From the NCBI GenBank assembly GCA_035539315.1, contig DATLIR010000047.1, positions 1 to 59,190 of the forward strand: DNA of 59,190 nt. Reading direction: 5' to 3'. The DNA comes from Casimicrobiaceae bacterium. GTDB taxonomy: Bacteria; Pseudomonadota; Gammaproteobacteria; Burkholderiales; Casimicrobiaceae. A program made the translations under genes and the position numbers. The notes beneath the pieces were generated by a model, which was given only the letters and a program-made list of their open reading frames with translations, was not told the origin of the DNA and made no database searches. Shown here piece after piece: positions 57,779 through 59,190 of this stretch; the stretch's first letter is position 1; each line of letters starts with the position of its first letter.

Positions 57779-59190
57779 ATGACGGACACCACCACGCTCG
57801 CCCGCGGCATCGCCGCGCACTGGGACGCCGAGATCGTTCCCGCCCTGACCGAGTACATCCGCGTTCCGGCGAAGTCGCCGCATTTCGACGCCGACTGGGA
57901 GGCGCACGGCCACATCGAGAACGTGGTCCGCGCCGCCGAGCGCTGGGTGCGCGCGCAGGGCGTGCGCGGGCTTGCGCTCGAGATCGTGCGGCTTCCCGGC
58001 CGCACGCCGGTGCTCTTCTTCGACGTGCCCGCCACCGGCGATGCGGGCGCCGGACGCACGGTGCTGCTGTACGGACATCTCGACAAGCAGCCCGAGATGA
58101 CGGGATGGCATGACGGCTACGGCCCGTGGTCGCCGCGCTACGAGGACGGCAAGCTCTACGGCCGCGGAGGCGCCGACGACGGCTACGCGGTGTATGCGTC
58201 GCTGGCCGCGCTGAAGGCATTGCAGGCGCAGGGGCTGCCGCACGCCCGCTGCGTCGGCGTCATCGAGACCTGCGAGGAATCGGGCAGCTACGATCTGCCT
58301 GCGTACCTTGAGCTCCTCGCGCCCCGCATGGGCCGCGTCGACTTCGTCATCGGGCTCGATTCCGGCGCGGGCGACTACGAGCGTCTGTGGCTGACGACCT
58401 CGCTGCGGGGGCTCGTCGGCGGGACGCTCGTCGCCGAGGTGCTGACCGAGGGCGTGCATTCGGGCGACGCGAGCGGCGTCGTGCCATCCTCGTTCCGCAT
58501 CGCGCGCGAGCTGCTCGGCCGGATCGAGGACAGCGCGACCGGGCGCGTGCTGCCGGCGCTGTTCCACGCCTCGATCCCGGACGAGCGCGTCGCGCAGGCG
58601 CGCGTCGCCTCGCAGGTGCTCGGCGCGTCGATGGTTCGGCGCTTCCCATGGGCGGGCAAGACGCGTCCGATGGTCGACGAGCCGACCGAGGTCGTGCTGA
58701 ACCGCACGTGGCGGCCGGCGCTGTCGATCACCGGCGCCGACGGCCTGCCGCCGATCGCCAACGCCGGGAACGTGCTGCGCCCGCAGACGCGACTCAAGCT
58801 GTCGCTGCGCCTGCCGCCGATCGTCGACGCCGAGCGCGCGTCGGCGGCGTTGCGCAAGGTCCTGGAAAGCGATCCGCCGCACGGCGCCACCGTGCGCTTC
58901 GAGGCCGAGTCCGCCGCGACCGGCTGGAACGCGCCGCCCACGGCGCCGTGGCTCGCCGCCGCCGTCGACGCCTCGTCGCGGGCACATTACACGCAACCCT
59001 CCGGCGCCCTCGGCGAAGGCGGGACGATTCCCTTCATGGGCATGCTCGGCAGCAAGTTCCCCGAGGCGCAGTTCCTGATCACCGGCGTGCTCGGGCCGAA
59101 GTCGAACGCGCACGGCCCCAACGAGTTCCTGCACGTGCCCTACGCGAAGCGGCTCACTGCGTGCGTGGCGCAGATCATCGTCGCGCATGC
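57779..59190 (+). CDS. M20 family dipeptidase-like metallohydrolase (runs off the window end)
   Basis: Translated by hand from ATG 57779: YIRVPAKSP, LYGHLDKQP, GRGGADDG, EESGS, GEGGTIPF and NAHGPNE. No stop before 59190. Confidence 0.88.
   Translation, partial: MTDTTTLARGIAAHWDAEIVPALTEYIRVPAKSPHFDADWEAHGHIENVVRAAERWVRAQGVRGLALEIVRLPGRTPVLFFDVPATGDAGAGRTVLLYGHLDKQPEMTGWHDGYGPWSPRYEDGKLYGRGGADDGYAVYASLAALKALQAQGLPHARCVGVIETCEESGSYDLPAYLELLAPRMGRVDFVIGLDSGAGDYERLWLTTSLRGLVGGTLVAEVLTEGVHSGDASGVVPSSFRIARELLGRIEDSATGRVLPALFHASIPDERVAQARVASQVLGASMVRRFPWAGKTRPMVDEPTEVVLNRTWRPALSITGADGLPPIANAGNVLRPQTRLKLSLRLPPIVDAERASAALRKVLESDPPHGATVRFEAESAATGWNAPPTAPWLAAAVDASSRAHYTQPSGALGEGGTIPFMGMLGSKFPEAQFLITGVLGPKSNAHGPNEFLHVPYAKRLTACVAQIIVAH

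Noticed and set aside
53243-59190. Genomic island downstream of tRNA-Glu
   Set aside because: No integrase, att repeat or clear compositional shift is visible within the window.
54784-59190. RiPP biosynthetic cluster (methyltransferases plus peptidase)
   Set aside because: No precursor-peptide ORF fits in the 13-17 nt gaps, and no other maturation enzymes are visible. Sequence beyond the window was not seen.

Overview
A very GC-rich (roughly 70% by eye) chromosomal segment, most likely from a betaproteobacterium. That assignment is inferred from gene orders such as smc-zipA-ligA, pyrG-kdsA-eno-ftsB and ppsR/ppsA. Most of the window is core genome: pepF, marC/rlmB, a dpp-type ABC operon with two embedded metallo-hydrolases, smc-zipA-ligA-galU-oxyR, gltX, pyrG-kdsA-eno-ftsB, ppsA/ppsR, a cardiolipin synthase and four tRNAs (Thr-CGT, Val-CAC, Ala-GGC, Glu-TTC). 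I found no integrase, transposase or CRISPR array. The strongest candidates for poorly understood biology are: (1) an ATP-grasp / alpha-E / Anbu proteasome-like protease / transglutaminase-DUF2126 operon, preceded by a clear sigma54 promoter and two NtrC-like boxes; (2) a tandem pair of large methyltransferases resembling rickettsial protein-lysine methyltransferases, next to an M20 peptidase; (3) a signal-peptide-bearing methyltransferase coupled to a signal-peptide-bearing PepF; (4) a class III cyclase-STAND-TPR gene at the 3' end of tRNA-Thr; (5) a Dabb gene between kdsA and eno, bracketed by related heptamer arrays; (6) several apparently leaderless genes and a densely palindromic intergenic region. 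All family assignments come from motif recognition by eye. No database searches were run.
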